Positions 1 to 12,300 of a DNA stretch of 64,000 nt are shown here, in pieces. This DNA comes from Phoronis australis (lineage: Eukaryota; Animalia; Phoronida), in NCBI GenBank assembly GCA_002633005.1, contig NMRA01000413.1, forward strand, positions 51,251 to 115,250, in the 5' to 3' direction. How positions within the stretch are numbered: the first letter of the stretch is position 1; each line of letters opens with the position of its first letter. A program made the translations under genes and the position numbers. The notes under the pieces were generated by a model. That model saw nothing but the letters and a program-made list of their open reading frames with translations. It did no database searches and was not told the origin of the DNA.

Positions 1-188
1 CTACCACTACTGCTACTACTACTACTACTGGTACTACTACTACTACTACTAGTACTGCTACTACTGCTACTACTACTACTGCTACTACTACAACTACTAC
101 TACTGCTACTACTACTACTACTAGTACTGCTACTACTACTACTACTACTACTGCTACTACTACTGCTACTGCTACTGCTACTACTACT
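1..188. repeat. (CTA)n/(CTG) imperfect trinucleotide microsatellite in an ACSF2 intron, truncated by the window edge
   Basis: Direct: ctactactactgctact... runs continuously from base 1 to about 188. Confidence 0.95.
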
Positions 189-262
189 GTTTGAATATTG
201 TTTTCCACTAATTAAACTTTATTACTTGATGAGGCAATGACATAGTTGTATAATCCATATAG

Positions 263-370
263 ATATGCTATGGCACCACAGAGAACAGCCCAGTGACGTT
301 TCAAAGTAGCATGGATGACCCCATAGACAGGCGTGTGAACACTATTGGTAAACCAAGCGACCACGTCGAG
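263..370 (+). CDS. ACSF2: ACSF2 internal exon ([36 protein letters not shown])
   Basis: AG at 261-262, GT at 371, 108 nt open, YGxTE motif. Missed by the ORF track. Confidence 0.92.
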
Positions 371-3300
371 GTTTGTGTGGTTTAACGTGTTCGTTTATAT
401 CTAAAACTAGTTCAAAACTCAACACTGCTTTGCTTAAATTCGCAATGCAATCTTATTTTGTTGTAAATATACACGTGAAAAACAAATGAAAAAATACCGT
501 TAACAGAGAGAAAATTTGTGGTATACAGTTAAAAGTTAGAAGCAAACTCGTTACCTTGTTTAAGGAGTTTGCCAGTTGATTAATGTCATATATCTCAGGT
601 TTAACCAAATTTGATCTTTGAACATCGAAAAATGGACAATGCCCTGGGATGCGTTCTCTTGAGAACGTTTCAGGCGATAAAAATGAAATCACGCAAGACC
701 ACGCAAAATCACGTGAATGAAAATAGAGAGTATTTCGGGAGTAAGCTCGGTACTTAACTAGCAACATGGTCGCCATCGGTCAGCAAAACCTTTGTGTTGA
801 AGTATGGAATAAATTAATGATTTCCGTTCCATAAGTGAAGAATTTTCACCACATGTGCGTTGCGCATGGCTTGTGTTTGTGGAATGCATCTTTGGGCTGC
901 TCTGGCACCTTTGAATGTTTTCTGAAACGAAGGATGAGACACGGCATTTGCTTATGAGGTAGTTTTAGTTCAGGTGAAGATAGTGGACGACAAGACCGGC
1001 GAGATACTTCCGGTGAACACCCGGGGTGAGCTGTGCACGCGGGGCTATATGGTCATGCTTGGTTATTGGGACGACAAGGACAAGACGAACAAGTGTATAA
1101 AACAGGACCGGTGGTATCACAGCGGGTGAGTGCCTTGTAATATTCTGTGGTCCGCTCGGCTGGTCCGAGTCCAACATCTGGCCCACATCACCAGATTGCA
1201 AACGTGTAGTGATTTCCGAGTTTTCTCGAGAAAAATTTGCGATAGTCCAGCGTTCTTCTTTGTATTGGAAGGTACTTAAAACGTCTTATTAGAGATCTTC
1301 AGATAAGAAGAGGTGAGGTTAATGCGAAAAAGTGAACATTATCATTTTTATGCGCCCACATATTTATATGTGGACGCATTATGCCGTCATCTCCGTCCGT
1401 CCGTCCGGGCGGCGTCGGTCCGGGGTCCGGCGTCCGGCGCTCTATCTCCACAACCCTTTGACATACGTTCATGAAATTTGGCACATATGTTCCATTCATG
1501 AATGGGACGGTATGAGCGAACTTTCGGACGGATCCGACTACTGGTGTGCCCCCTAGTGCCAACTTTATTTTTTTACGCTTACCTTTGTATCTTTAAAAGT
1601 CCTGAACGGATGTTCATGAAAGGTAATATATAGGCACCTATTAGTGAGGTGACGCTATCCTCCTGTTTTCGGATGGATTTGATGTAGTTTGCGCCACCTA
1701 GTGGCCATTTTTACTGTTTTCGGGTCTTTTGCGTCCACCCCTCTATCAACCAAACCGCTCAAAGGATGATTGCGAAAATTGGCATGTGTGTGCTTACTAT
1801 TCACCTCTTTCACGAACGCGGGGCGCTGCTGTCGTGTTGATCGAAAACGAGGCGCCTTGACAAACATGGCATCGTCCTGCAAGGTGTTGTGGTCAAAAGA
1901 CTTATCAACGTTACCAAAAATCAAGTTGTCTGATGTTGAATCGATCTCCAAAAAACATACCAATACTTACGGCAACTAGACTTTTACCCGCCTCAGCCAT
2001 TCCTTAGTAGTTTTCCCTCTTTTGAAAAAGTGTGGAAGTCCGGGATATATCCAGGCTTTTAGTCTTGAAAAACCCTGCTCGCCAGCTGAGCGAGTGCCGG
2101 AGCCAGAAAATCTACTCGCCAAGCCCGAAGTTCGGTCACCCGGCCGTTGGCGCCGGTCAACACAAACTTGCTGCTAATTTAAATAAAAATCATCGTTTCG
2201 TGCACTGATGTCACCATCTATTAGGGCTACGGCGTATTCGCTCTAATAAGCGCCCAGGGGGACTCTTTTTGTAGCCTACGGCAGTTAAAACCTGGCCTCC
2301 GAAACGGGTGAAATCGGAAGCTAGGATTCATCAAATTTACGCGCTGTGACGTATGTGTAACCTATGACAGACTAGCTACAAAACTGTGGTGCATTGCTAT
2401 CAAACTCTGTTGTTAAATTACGATCTTTTTAAAAAAATGTGCTGAAATCCCAGGGCGAAAACTTGCCGACTGATGCGTCGCTGCTTCGCGATCGTCGATA
2501 GGACAACTTGAGTAAAAATAGTTTCGACTCAAATTACCTGAAATCCTCCCAAATAGCCTTTCCTAAGATTCTTAAGTTCCTGTGGACTCGGAGTCGGATA
2601 TAACCGCAGATTAAGTCAAAATCTGCGCTAGATCGCACCCCGCAACGCTGGTGACGAGAAAAAGCTGGACGAACACTTATGTTGTTGTCACGTGACGTTT
2701 GTATTGAAGTGAATCAGTTGGTGTGCACCGAGTGAGCGAGCGCGTGCGTGTCATCAGTGTTCATTTGCCAGAGTAGCAGGCCCAATGAGCTGTATAATGT
2801 AGTATATTTATCCCATTGAGCTGGCCCACATGTTATATGTGGGCCCTAGCGCGCGCTTCTTGGCCAAGTTTCGATTCGCGGTTTTTATAATTTTTCGTGT
2901 AGAAAACAATCTGGATTCCTGTTGTGGGAGAAGATTTGTACGGGAAAGATACAATACCAATCCCGTTGACCTGAGTACGCTGCGTCTGCTCTGATCAGGG
3001 CCAGACCATGTAGTGTGACACTTTCCTCGCAAGATCAGTAAATCTTTTGCGTTCTTTTTGAAGCACTGCAGAATGGTTTGAAGTGTACTGCCACGGCTAA
3101 ATACCGACATAGCGGCGAGGCTCGTGGTCTACTAGAAATTACGCGCACAATGATTTTTCAGAACTGTCGGATATTATTGATAAATTGAATACATTTGTTT
3201 TAGTACTGTAGAATTTTAGAACTGTGAGGTAAGACATTTTTCGCACTGATATATACACATTCATGGACTGGGCGCTTATTTTAGCGAAGTCTGAAAACGA

Positions 3301-6300
3301 GTGGGTGCTTATTAGGACGAATGTTATAAAAATAATTTTGGCTAAAATGACATTGTACATTACAGTAAGAAATCAGTTCCAAGAAATATGGTATTTTATT
3401 TGCTATGAGCACATGGACCGGTCTTCCACCTTTCTCCCCTTTTCTTCGTTTCGGACTAGTCCACAAATTCTTTGTGCACGACCACACACTGTGTTTTTTG
3501 ACGAATCGCGTAACGGGTGACATGTACTGAATCGGTAGGGTCGCACTGCGCCGATGTTTTTTACTGCCGGAGCATCGACACGATGACCAAACTGAACCTT
3601 AAATTCATGATAAAAACAGCACAAGGAGGTGGAAAATTATTCGTATTCATCTGGGAAACGATATATAGTGCTTTTGCGCTCTGAAATTCGCTCGCCACCG
3701 GGCGACCGGCAAGTCAACTTCTACTCGCCCAGCACCATTTTTACTCGCATTGGCGACTGGGCGAGTGGCTAAGTATATCCCTGAGAAGGATACCGACGAG
3801 ATATTACTGGAATTGGTACGTTCAGGCACTGCACAGTACACCATGGCAAGCTGATGATCACTCACGAGGTTTTATCAGTGTGCCTCGTTTTCGATCAGTA
3901 TTTAAAGATGGCGCGGGAAGATGGCGCTTTCGTGAAATAGGTGAATAAAGAGGACGGTTGACGGTGATTTTCCGACGGTTTCGACTACTGTGGCGCCTCC
4001 TAGTGGCAGTTTTGTTTTTGTTGCGCCTATGGCGGTATCTCCTAAACCGTTCGCAGGATCTTTACTTAATTTAGCAAGTGTATTTACATGATGTTGACTA
4101 CGGATGACGATGACTTTCGGACAGATCTGACTACTGCTGTGCCCCCTAGTGGCAATTTTAGTTTTTTACGTTTAACTCAGTATCTTCAAAGATCCTCAAC
4201 AGATTTTCATAAAATTTTCAATTTTGGGCATCTATTGGTGTGATGACGCTATCTTCCTGTTTTTGGATGGAATCGAGGTATTTTGCACCACCTAGTGGCC
4301 ATTTTTGGTGTTTTCAAATCTTGTTTTTGGTGTCCACCCCTGTATCAACCAAATCAGTTGAAAACTGGCATATATGTTCTCAGTGTGAAGACGACCTTTG
4401 ATGATGTTGACTGACTACTGTGGTGCCTCCTAGTGGTAGTTTTGTTTTGCGCCCATAGTTGTATCTCTTAAACCCACTGCAGGATCTTTACTAAATTTAG
4501 TAAGTGTATTTACATAAATATAACAACGGACGACGACGACTTTCAGGCGGATCCAACGGACACTGTGCCCACTAGTGGCAATATCATTTTATTCTGTTTT
4601 CCTTTGTTTCTGTGAAGTTCCTTGACAGATTTTTATGAAATGTGGCATGTTCCTGTTTTTGGATGGATTGTATGTTTTTTCGCCATCTAGTGGCCATTTT
4701 TATGAGACAAATAAAGAACCCTAAAAGCACACCATTTGCAATGCATTCCTGGGCGCATTTCAACGCTCCGCGTTGCTCTTGTTTTGATATTGTTCATTTG
4801 TCTTTTATTCACTGGACAGCAAATCTTGCACTGTGAGGCCGTGTTTTCGTGTGCACAAAATCACACGAATTTGCCTCATTGACATGGTTTGGAAAATAGC
4901 GTTTTCCTGAAGTCTAATGGAAACCTCGTGACCTTAAACCACGAAATCACTATTTTCAATTGAGCTGGTGCCGTGAACAGACGATGCATGTAATCCCGCT
5001 TGATTATGCAGTGTGAGAGACAAACTGAAAGTATTACATCATTGAGTAAAATCCAAAACCTAAACTTATGTAGCAGTTGATTCTTAAAATATGAAGAAAA
5101 TTTTACAACCGTGTATTGAACATGACATTATCGGATTTGCGGGCGAGCAACGCATTTTTGGGATTATTATTGTGGGGGTTTACTTCTGGAACTTATTAGC
5201 TTTGACCAGAGCTATAAAACAACAAAATTATTAATTTTTTTTTTTTTTACTTTATTACAAGTCGCCAATTTTCGCCATTGTCTGCCAGGCGTTGCTGACA
5301 CCATACCGGTATCTTTACCGTTCTGCTTTTATACTGTGCTACTTCCCGCGTGGGATTTAGCCAGCTACAGATTGTTTAGCTGCTACTGCGGAGTTGATGG
5401 ATTCAGTTGCGCGCAGATGTTAATTTCTGTTCGGCGCCGAAAATGTGCCTTTAATGTTAAATGAAAAAGAGAAGCCGTCTGCACAAGGTGATGAAGGCCT
5501 GTTTGTAATGTAGATGAGAATTGGGCTCTATTGGCCTAATTCTTCCATAAACCGCTGTCAGAGATTGCGAATTCAAAATTCAGATTTCAAATGTAACTAC
5601 CGGTAGTTACATTATCGTGTACTCGTGTCACGTATTGTTTAGGGTACTTACATTGACCGATCAGCGACATGGGGAACCTTGGGTGGAGGGTCGTAAAGAT
5701 ATGTGGAAAAGATGAAGCTGAAAAGCTATTATCGTCAATGTTTTTCAATGGATTCTGATTTGGGAGAACCAACAGATACACTTGCGGTTGTGCCAACTCA
5801 TGAAAACGACAACAGTATATACATGTGCGGGGGGAGTTCTCCCGGTGACTGGGTAGTTAGTATGTGGGCATGTTTCGCTGAATATGGTCTCATATTGTCA
5901 GTTCATTTCTCGCCAGATATCTCCATGCTAGAGCCAGTGCATCTTTCACCAAAAATCATGTGGATATTTGATATCTGCAACGGCGCACGACCCCTTGTGT
6001 TGGCTATCATTTGGCATGTATGAACTGGCACGGACGCAGGCGTATGTGGAGTGAAATTATCGTGGACACATAATTGAATCTTTTGATCAAAAAGCTTCAT
6101 AAATATACCCGTGGTGCTGTGTGTCTCAATCCCTGTTTGAACTAATTTCTGTACTGTGTGTATTTTATACTTTACCAGCAAGCCAATGAGAAAGGCACAA
6201 TGAATCTCACTCTTTGCAGTGATATGACTTGACTAATACAGCTCTCAAAAATATGTTTGGTACATAAAAATTTAAGTTTTGTTTACATTGCCAGGGACAT

Positions 6301-9300
6301 TGCCATTTTAACGGAAGAAGGCTATGCGCACGTTGTGGGCCGGAAAGCAGACATGGTGATCCGCGGTGGTGAAAACATTTATCCTTTAGAAGTGGAGCAG
6401 TTTTTATATACCTTTCCAAAGGTGGAGGACGTCCAGGTACATAAATAAGATCTATATAGTTAGGTCAATGGAAATTACCGTAGAAGTTCTCCAGTTTGAG
6501 ACAGTGTCCAAAATTTGGGACTCTTAATTCCAAGCTGAAATTGAATTTCCTGATTCTGAAATTTGGGACATGGACGATTTTGCATGCATCGTGTCTCTCA
6601 GATTGTAGACAAGTGAGTGTTTCTGCAATCAAAGTTTAAAGATAAATTTGTTGGTGCTTAAAAATTAACAATGATCATGTCTGGGTAAAAACTGCTGCCA
6701 CTGGCCTTGAATTTGGGACGCCCAATATTGCGAGTTTCTCAAATTTGATACAGGCTCCGACTGTGAGCCAAATAATTATTTTCCACTTGATCTCAAACTG
6801 GAGAATTTTTATTGCAATTACCTAATAAGCAATATAAATAGGTTATACAACGTAGGTGTTTGTACCAGTGTGTTATTATATGGAGATTCGATATTTGAAC
6901 GAGGGCGAAGCCCGAGTTCCACGAATCGAGATACAATATCACACTTGGTACAAACACGTACGTTGTATAACCTATTTATCCTATGCGCCCCACTGAGGAG
7001 TTACACAGATTGCTCCGCTTGTTTTGTTGTCGTTTGTCATCTTTTATCAATGATGATCGCAGACACGTATACGTGCACGCAAAATTTTTATGACTGAATT
7101 TTTTGCAGCCTGCACGACAGGGCAGTCAAGTTGTATTTTACAGCACCTACAGGCTTGAGGTGCATATCTGCTATTTTCAGTATTTTTCGTCAGAGTTTGA
7201 GCTAAATCTGTTTCTAAGTTAAAGTTTGCTTACATTTCTGACAATTTTTCTTGACTTCGTTGAATAATATCTGTGCAGGACACCCAGACCTTGTGGCTGA
7301 TGCACATTCAGACGCTTCTTAAAAATGCTCCTTGCGCGTGGTTCTTATCATTTTTAGGTAGACAGTATTCCGAAATTTATCATAAAATTGACAAAAATAC
7401 AGTGTTAACAGCAGTTACTGTTTTGCATTTGGGTCGACGTATTTTGATTGTTTTGAGAACTAATTTAAAAATTGATTCATATTTGACCGTAAAGAACCTC
7501 AACTGGTGTAGTGCAATAGGTGACTAAAAGGAGACATGCATTGGTAATGTATATTGCTTATCCTAATCCCAAATATATTGTGGCAAGTTCGAGACTTTTT
7601 GGGATTTAAGTGTTCTGCTCAGGTGCAATATTTCACGGTATATTAAGAAAAAATGTCAACAATATTTTTATTTCACTTTTTGGTTTAGGTTTGAGAACGC
7701 ATATTGGCATGTGAAAATATTGCGCACGGAGCTGAACCCAAAGTGATGCTATACATACAATCATGTTTCTACCAATTGTAGTGTATTGTGTGCTAAGGAG
7801 GCAGTTATGGCGAGAAGGAAGGCATCCGTATTCAACGCGCGTTGAATACGGAAAAGTAGTTCTTCCTTATCAAACTTCACAATACGACCCGTATTTCATG
7901 GCCATACTATCACGTGTACAGGATAAATGCACAAAACGTAACCATTACCAGCAATATTGAAACCGTGAATTGCGCATGCGCGAAAATCACTCAGTTAGCC
8001 CCCTTCAGAATACATGGGATGCGCAGAAAACACAGCGTGAGGGTCTTATTCATGAATCAATCACATTTGCCGATAGCACATAACATAGATAAGTATTTTG
8101 TTAAAAACGTGGCCAAGTTTCAGCAAAATTGGAAAAAAATTTATGTTTAACATGGTATGGCCAAAGTTTTGGCTTATTTTGTCGCTTCGATCAGTGGAAT
8201 TGCCGCTAAAAACCCGAAAGTGCATGTGAGAAAACGATAATTTTCTACCAAGCCTTTCATGTGCGGTTAGTTGCCGATAGACCCAACAGATGTCATTATA
8301 ATCAAGATTGAAATGTAGGATTTTGAAGAAAATTAGACAAAATTTTGTATTTAACATGGGGTCGCCGAAAATTGCCAATTTTGGCCTTTTGATATCAGTT
8401 TATCGTCATAGACTAGCATTAGTGGGTCTAGTTAATTCGAAGTTTTTGGTTAAATCACTGATAATATTCACACCAGTATACTAATAAACGTTTTCTCTAT
8501 ATATAACAATTTGATTCCAATGCTGAAGTAGTGCGTACAACAGGGATTAGCCCTTGACCGGCCCGGCCCATAGTGCGGGAGCTATAAGAATTCAGCTCTG
8601 GGCTAAAGTAGCTATGTGCGGAAAATTCAGCCACCTGAGGTGTTTACGATCCACTTCAGAGAAAAAAAACCTCGTTGTACCTAACAATAATTTGTTTCCG
8701 AGTACTTCGGGCATGGTTTAAAATTGAAAGGGGTCATTACAAGTTGAATTTATGAGAATTGTATTGTTGCATTGCGAACTGAAAACTAGTCGATTGACGG
8801 GTAGTGCGAGACAAGGCAACGAGTAAGGACAGCTTTGATTTGCTTACGAGTAGTGACTCATGATTGGCCAGACATCTGTAATAATATGTTTTGTCTTTCC
8901 TTTTCAACGGAATATATTTGAACTTTGGTAATTTTGGGCTACAAAATGTAGAACAACTTTTCTGGTGCTCCTCTCCAGTAGACACGCGGAGAGTGAAGCG
9001 CTAACTGATCCATAAGCGATGACCTAGTTTTCGCAGAGAACCTGGCGGATGACCTAGTTTACGAATTGCTGGTAATGATTATTCGGTCTCGGTCGATACG
9101 CGGAACTATGTCTCGTGGGACATTACTTCATCTACGCCAATCGAGGTACGTTTTGTATTTATCCCGTACGCATCAAATTCCTAAGTTTCTTTCATTTGTC
9201 GTTCACGTGGCGGATCACATCCTATATGTATGCACTTGTGCGTTAGGCTGCAAGTTTTCTCTAGTAAAAGAAACAGTTCTAAATGCAACGATTTATTACT

Positions 9301-12300
9301 TGAAAAGAGATAACGAAATGAAAAGAACGGTAACTGTGCATTGAACTTGTAACATCTCCGGAAAATAGTTAAATAACAACATTTCAAATAGTAGGCCTAG
9401 TTACCGAGGAATCGGCGCCTGAGTTGCAGACGACATATTTAGCAATTGAAAACTGAGACAGAACGGTCATGAAATTAACAGTCCTGTTCCGGATGTTACG
9501 ATGGAGACCTGATTGTATGTTGAGTGTTACTCACACTGTTGCAAATGCAATACTTTTAACTATTTTCCGAAAGTTTGGTGATTGAACCGGCTATCGACGT
9601 CGAGTCGACATTGACCTACATTTTGAACTTTCCGTGTCAGAAGTCGCTATTGAAGTAGTGCGGGAGGTGAATACATGACCGTATTTCCCTTCGCTAATTC
9701 AACGCATGTGGAATAAAAGAAAATATCCAATAACAATTTGATCACCGAAATTATCAAAACGAGTTGAGGAATAAACGTTTGTTGTCCTAATCATTACGCC
9801 CAGATGTAATGCTTTCTAGCGCATTCTTGGCTTAACGCTAATCATTCAGAGCTTGAATTGTTTTTTTCTACACACATAAAATCAAACCAAAATTCTCTAA
9901 CGAGGACTCTTCATGCCTTATGGATTATGAGCGTGAAGCAAGGCTTGGAATCCTTCAAATATTAAAAAACATGTTCTGTAAGGTGTTAAAAACATCAGTT
10001 TCTCCTCAGGCATATTTTGCCCAAAAAAATCAAAGACAACTTTATGTCGTTCATATCCTTTGTTATGCGCCTACATATTTATATGTGGACGCATTATGCC
10101 GTCATCTCCGTCCGTCCTTCTGTCCGTCCGTCTGTCCGTCCGTCAGTCCAGCGTCCGTCCGGCGGCCGGCGTCCGCTGCTCTACCTCCAAAACCCTTTGA
10201 CGTACGTTCATGGAATTTTGCACATGTGTTTCTATCGTGGATGGGACGGCATGAGCAAACTTTCGGACGGATCTGAATACCGATGTGCCCCCTAGTGGCA
10301 TTTTTAGTTTTTTACGCTTACTGCTATGTCTTCAAAAGTCCTCAACGTATTTTCATAAAATTTGGATATAGGCACCTGTAGGATTCAAAACATTCAGTCT
10401 TCAAAATTTATTCAACATGGTAAGGTCATACAGTCTTACAGTCTACAAGAAGTACATAAGATTTCCTGAAAAAAAATTAGAAACAAATGTAAGTGAAATA
10501 AACAAATAAATAATTAAGGAAACAAACCAACAAGTATCACAGTGAATAATAGCACCAAAACTAATAGACGAAACAATTAGTTTCTAACTGCGAGCTCAAA
10601 ATGAACTAGAGGTCAAACCAATGTCAAATGACCGCGTGGTCAAGTTCAGTGGAGCCATTTTTGCTGTTTTCGAGTCTGTTTTTTGGCGTCCACCCCTCTA
10701 TCAACCAAACCGCTCTAAGGATGTTTGTGGAACTTGGCATGTATGTTTTTATTATGAAGAGGACGGCTGACGATGTGGCGCCTCCTAGTGGCAGTTTTGT
10801 GTCTTTTTGCGCCCATGGCAGTATCTCCTAAACCGTTGGCAGGATCTTTACTAATTTCTGCAAGTGTATTTATATGGTGTTGACAATAGATGACGACGAC
10901 TTTGGGACGGATCTCACTACCGGCGTGTCCCCTAGTCGCAATTTATTTTTTTACGTTTACCTCTGTATCTTCAAAGGTACTCAACGTATTTTCGTAAAGT
11001 TTGAAATATAGGCACCTATTTGTGAGATGAAGCTATCCTCCCATTTTCGGATGGATTTGACGTAGTTTGCGCCACCTAGTGGACATTTTTTACTATTTTT
11101 TTAACCTGTTTTTTTGGCGTCCACCCCTCTATCAACCAAACCGCACTAAGGATGATTGTGAAAATTGGCATGTATAATCTTACTACGAAGCTGACGATGA
11201 TTTTCCAATGACTTCGACTACTGTGGCGCCTCCTAGTGGCAGTTTTCTTTTGTTTTGCGCCCATTGCTGCATCTCCTAAAATCACTGCAGGATCTTCATT
11301 AAATTTAGTAATTATATTTATATGAAGCTAACAACAGATGACGACATCTTTCAGGTGGATCCAATGATGACTGTGTCCCACAGTGGCAATGTCATTTTTT
11401 TGTTTCCTTTACAGATTGTTTTGAAATTTGGTAAATAGCTTTCTATTAAAGAAGCGATGGCATGTTCCCATTTTCAGATGGATTGTACTTTTTTCGCCCT
11501 CTGGTGGCTATTTTTATGAAACAAATAAACAAGCCTAGAAGCACTCCATTTGCGGTGCATTCGTGGGCGCTTTTCAATGCTCAGCGTTGCTCTTGTTTGA
11601 TTGGGAATTGGCTACAATAAGTCGCCTTGAATTTCTCTGATGGCTTTGTGACTGAAACTAACGTCTTACTGAGACTGCCACTCTGAAGTAATACTGACCC
11701 TTTGCAAGGCTAGAAATCATTTCTAATGTGAGTAGGCAAGAAAACGAGACCAATTTCTGTTGCTGTAAGCGGCCTAAATAAAAAGTTGGGTCTTAGTCAT
11801 GTTGCCCTTGTTTTTAATTGCGAGAGATAACTATTGTTGGTAATTGTTTTAAATATGAAAAAGTAACGACGATCCGACAATCGCCACTAAATTGAGATGA
11901 ATGTTGAAATGAATTACTTGTGCTATAAGTGACTTCTTATCGCAATTTCCTTTCAGATTAGTTATGTGCACTGTCGTTCTCTCTGATGCACTTCTTTCAA
12001 GTGATAATAATCAGAGGCTGCATGTTTTGACGTGTACCCGTTTGTATCAGGTAATCGGAGTGCCCGACGAACGTCTTGGGGAAGAATTGTGTGCATGGAT
12101 AAGGCTGAAAAGTGGTTATACTTCGAACACGGAGGAAATCCGGAACTTTTGTCAGGGCAAGGTTAGTTTATACCCTTGTAACGGCTGTAGATATCCGTTC
12201 TACCTCTTGAAACCTGCAGGCTTACGCGTCTGCTTCACCGATTTTGACACGGTTGCCGAATATCAGCATCTCTCGATTGGATTATACTCAGTACTCAAAA

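Larger units (their letters stand above)
1798..3947. mobile_element. TIR element (MITE-like) nested in HINE copy 1
   Basis: TATTCACCTCTTTCACGAA (1798-1816) vs TTCGTGAAATAGGTGAATA (3929-3947), 18/19 inverted match. A second inverted pair GATCGAAAACGAGGC lies at about 1839 and 3882. Host sequence cttacta..taaag(a/t)ggacgg is contiguous in copy 3. Confidence 0.85.
1348..4783 (+). mobile_element. Non-autonomous Helentron-type (HINE/DINE-1/pearl-like) element, copy 1, interrupted by nested insertions at 1800-3945
   Basis: 5' subterminal ATGCGCCCAC with nearby inverted partner GTGGACGCAT; (TCCG)n microsatellite; central tandem ~150-bp monomers; 3' TGGGCGCAT, hairpin CAACGC-tcc-GCGTTG and CTCTTG; sits in a T run with no TSD. 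Near-identical ends at 10063-11596 and 12321-14037. Confidence 0.8.

Noticed and set aside
1-188. Telomeric repeat at the window start
   Set aside because: The unit is CTA/CTG, not CCCTAA, and it lies inside an ACSF2 intron.
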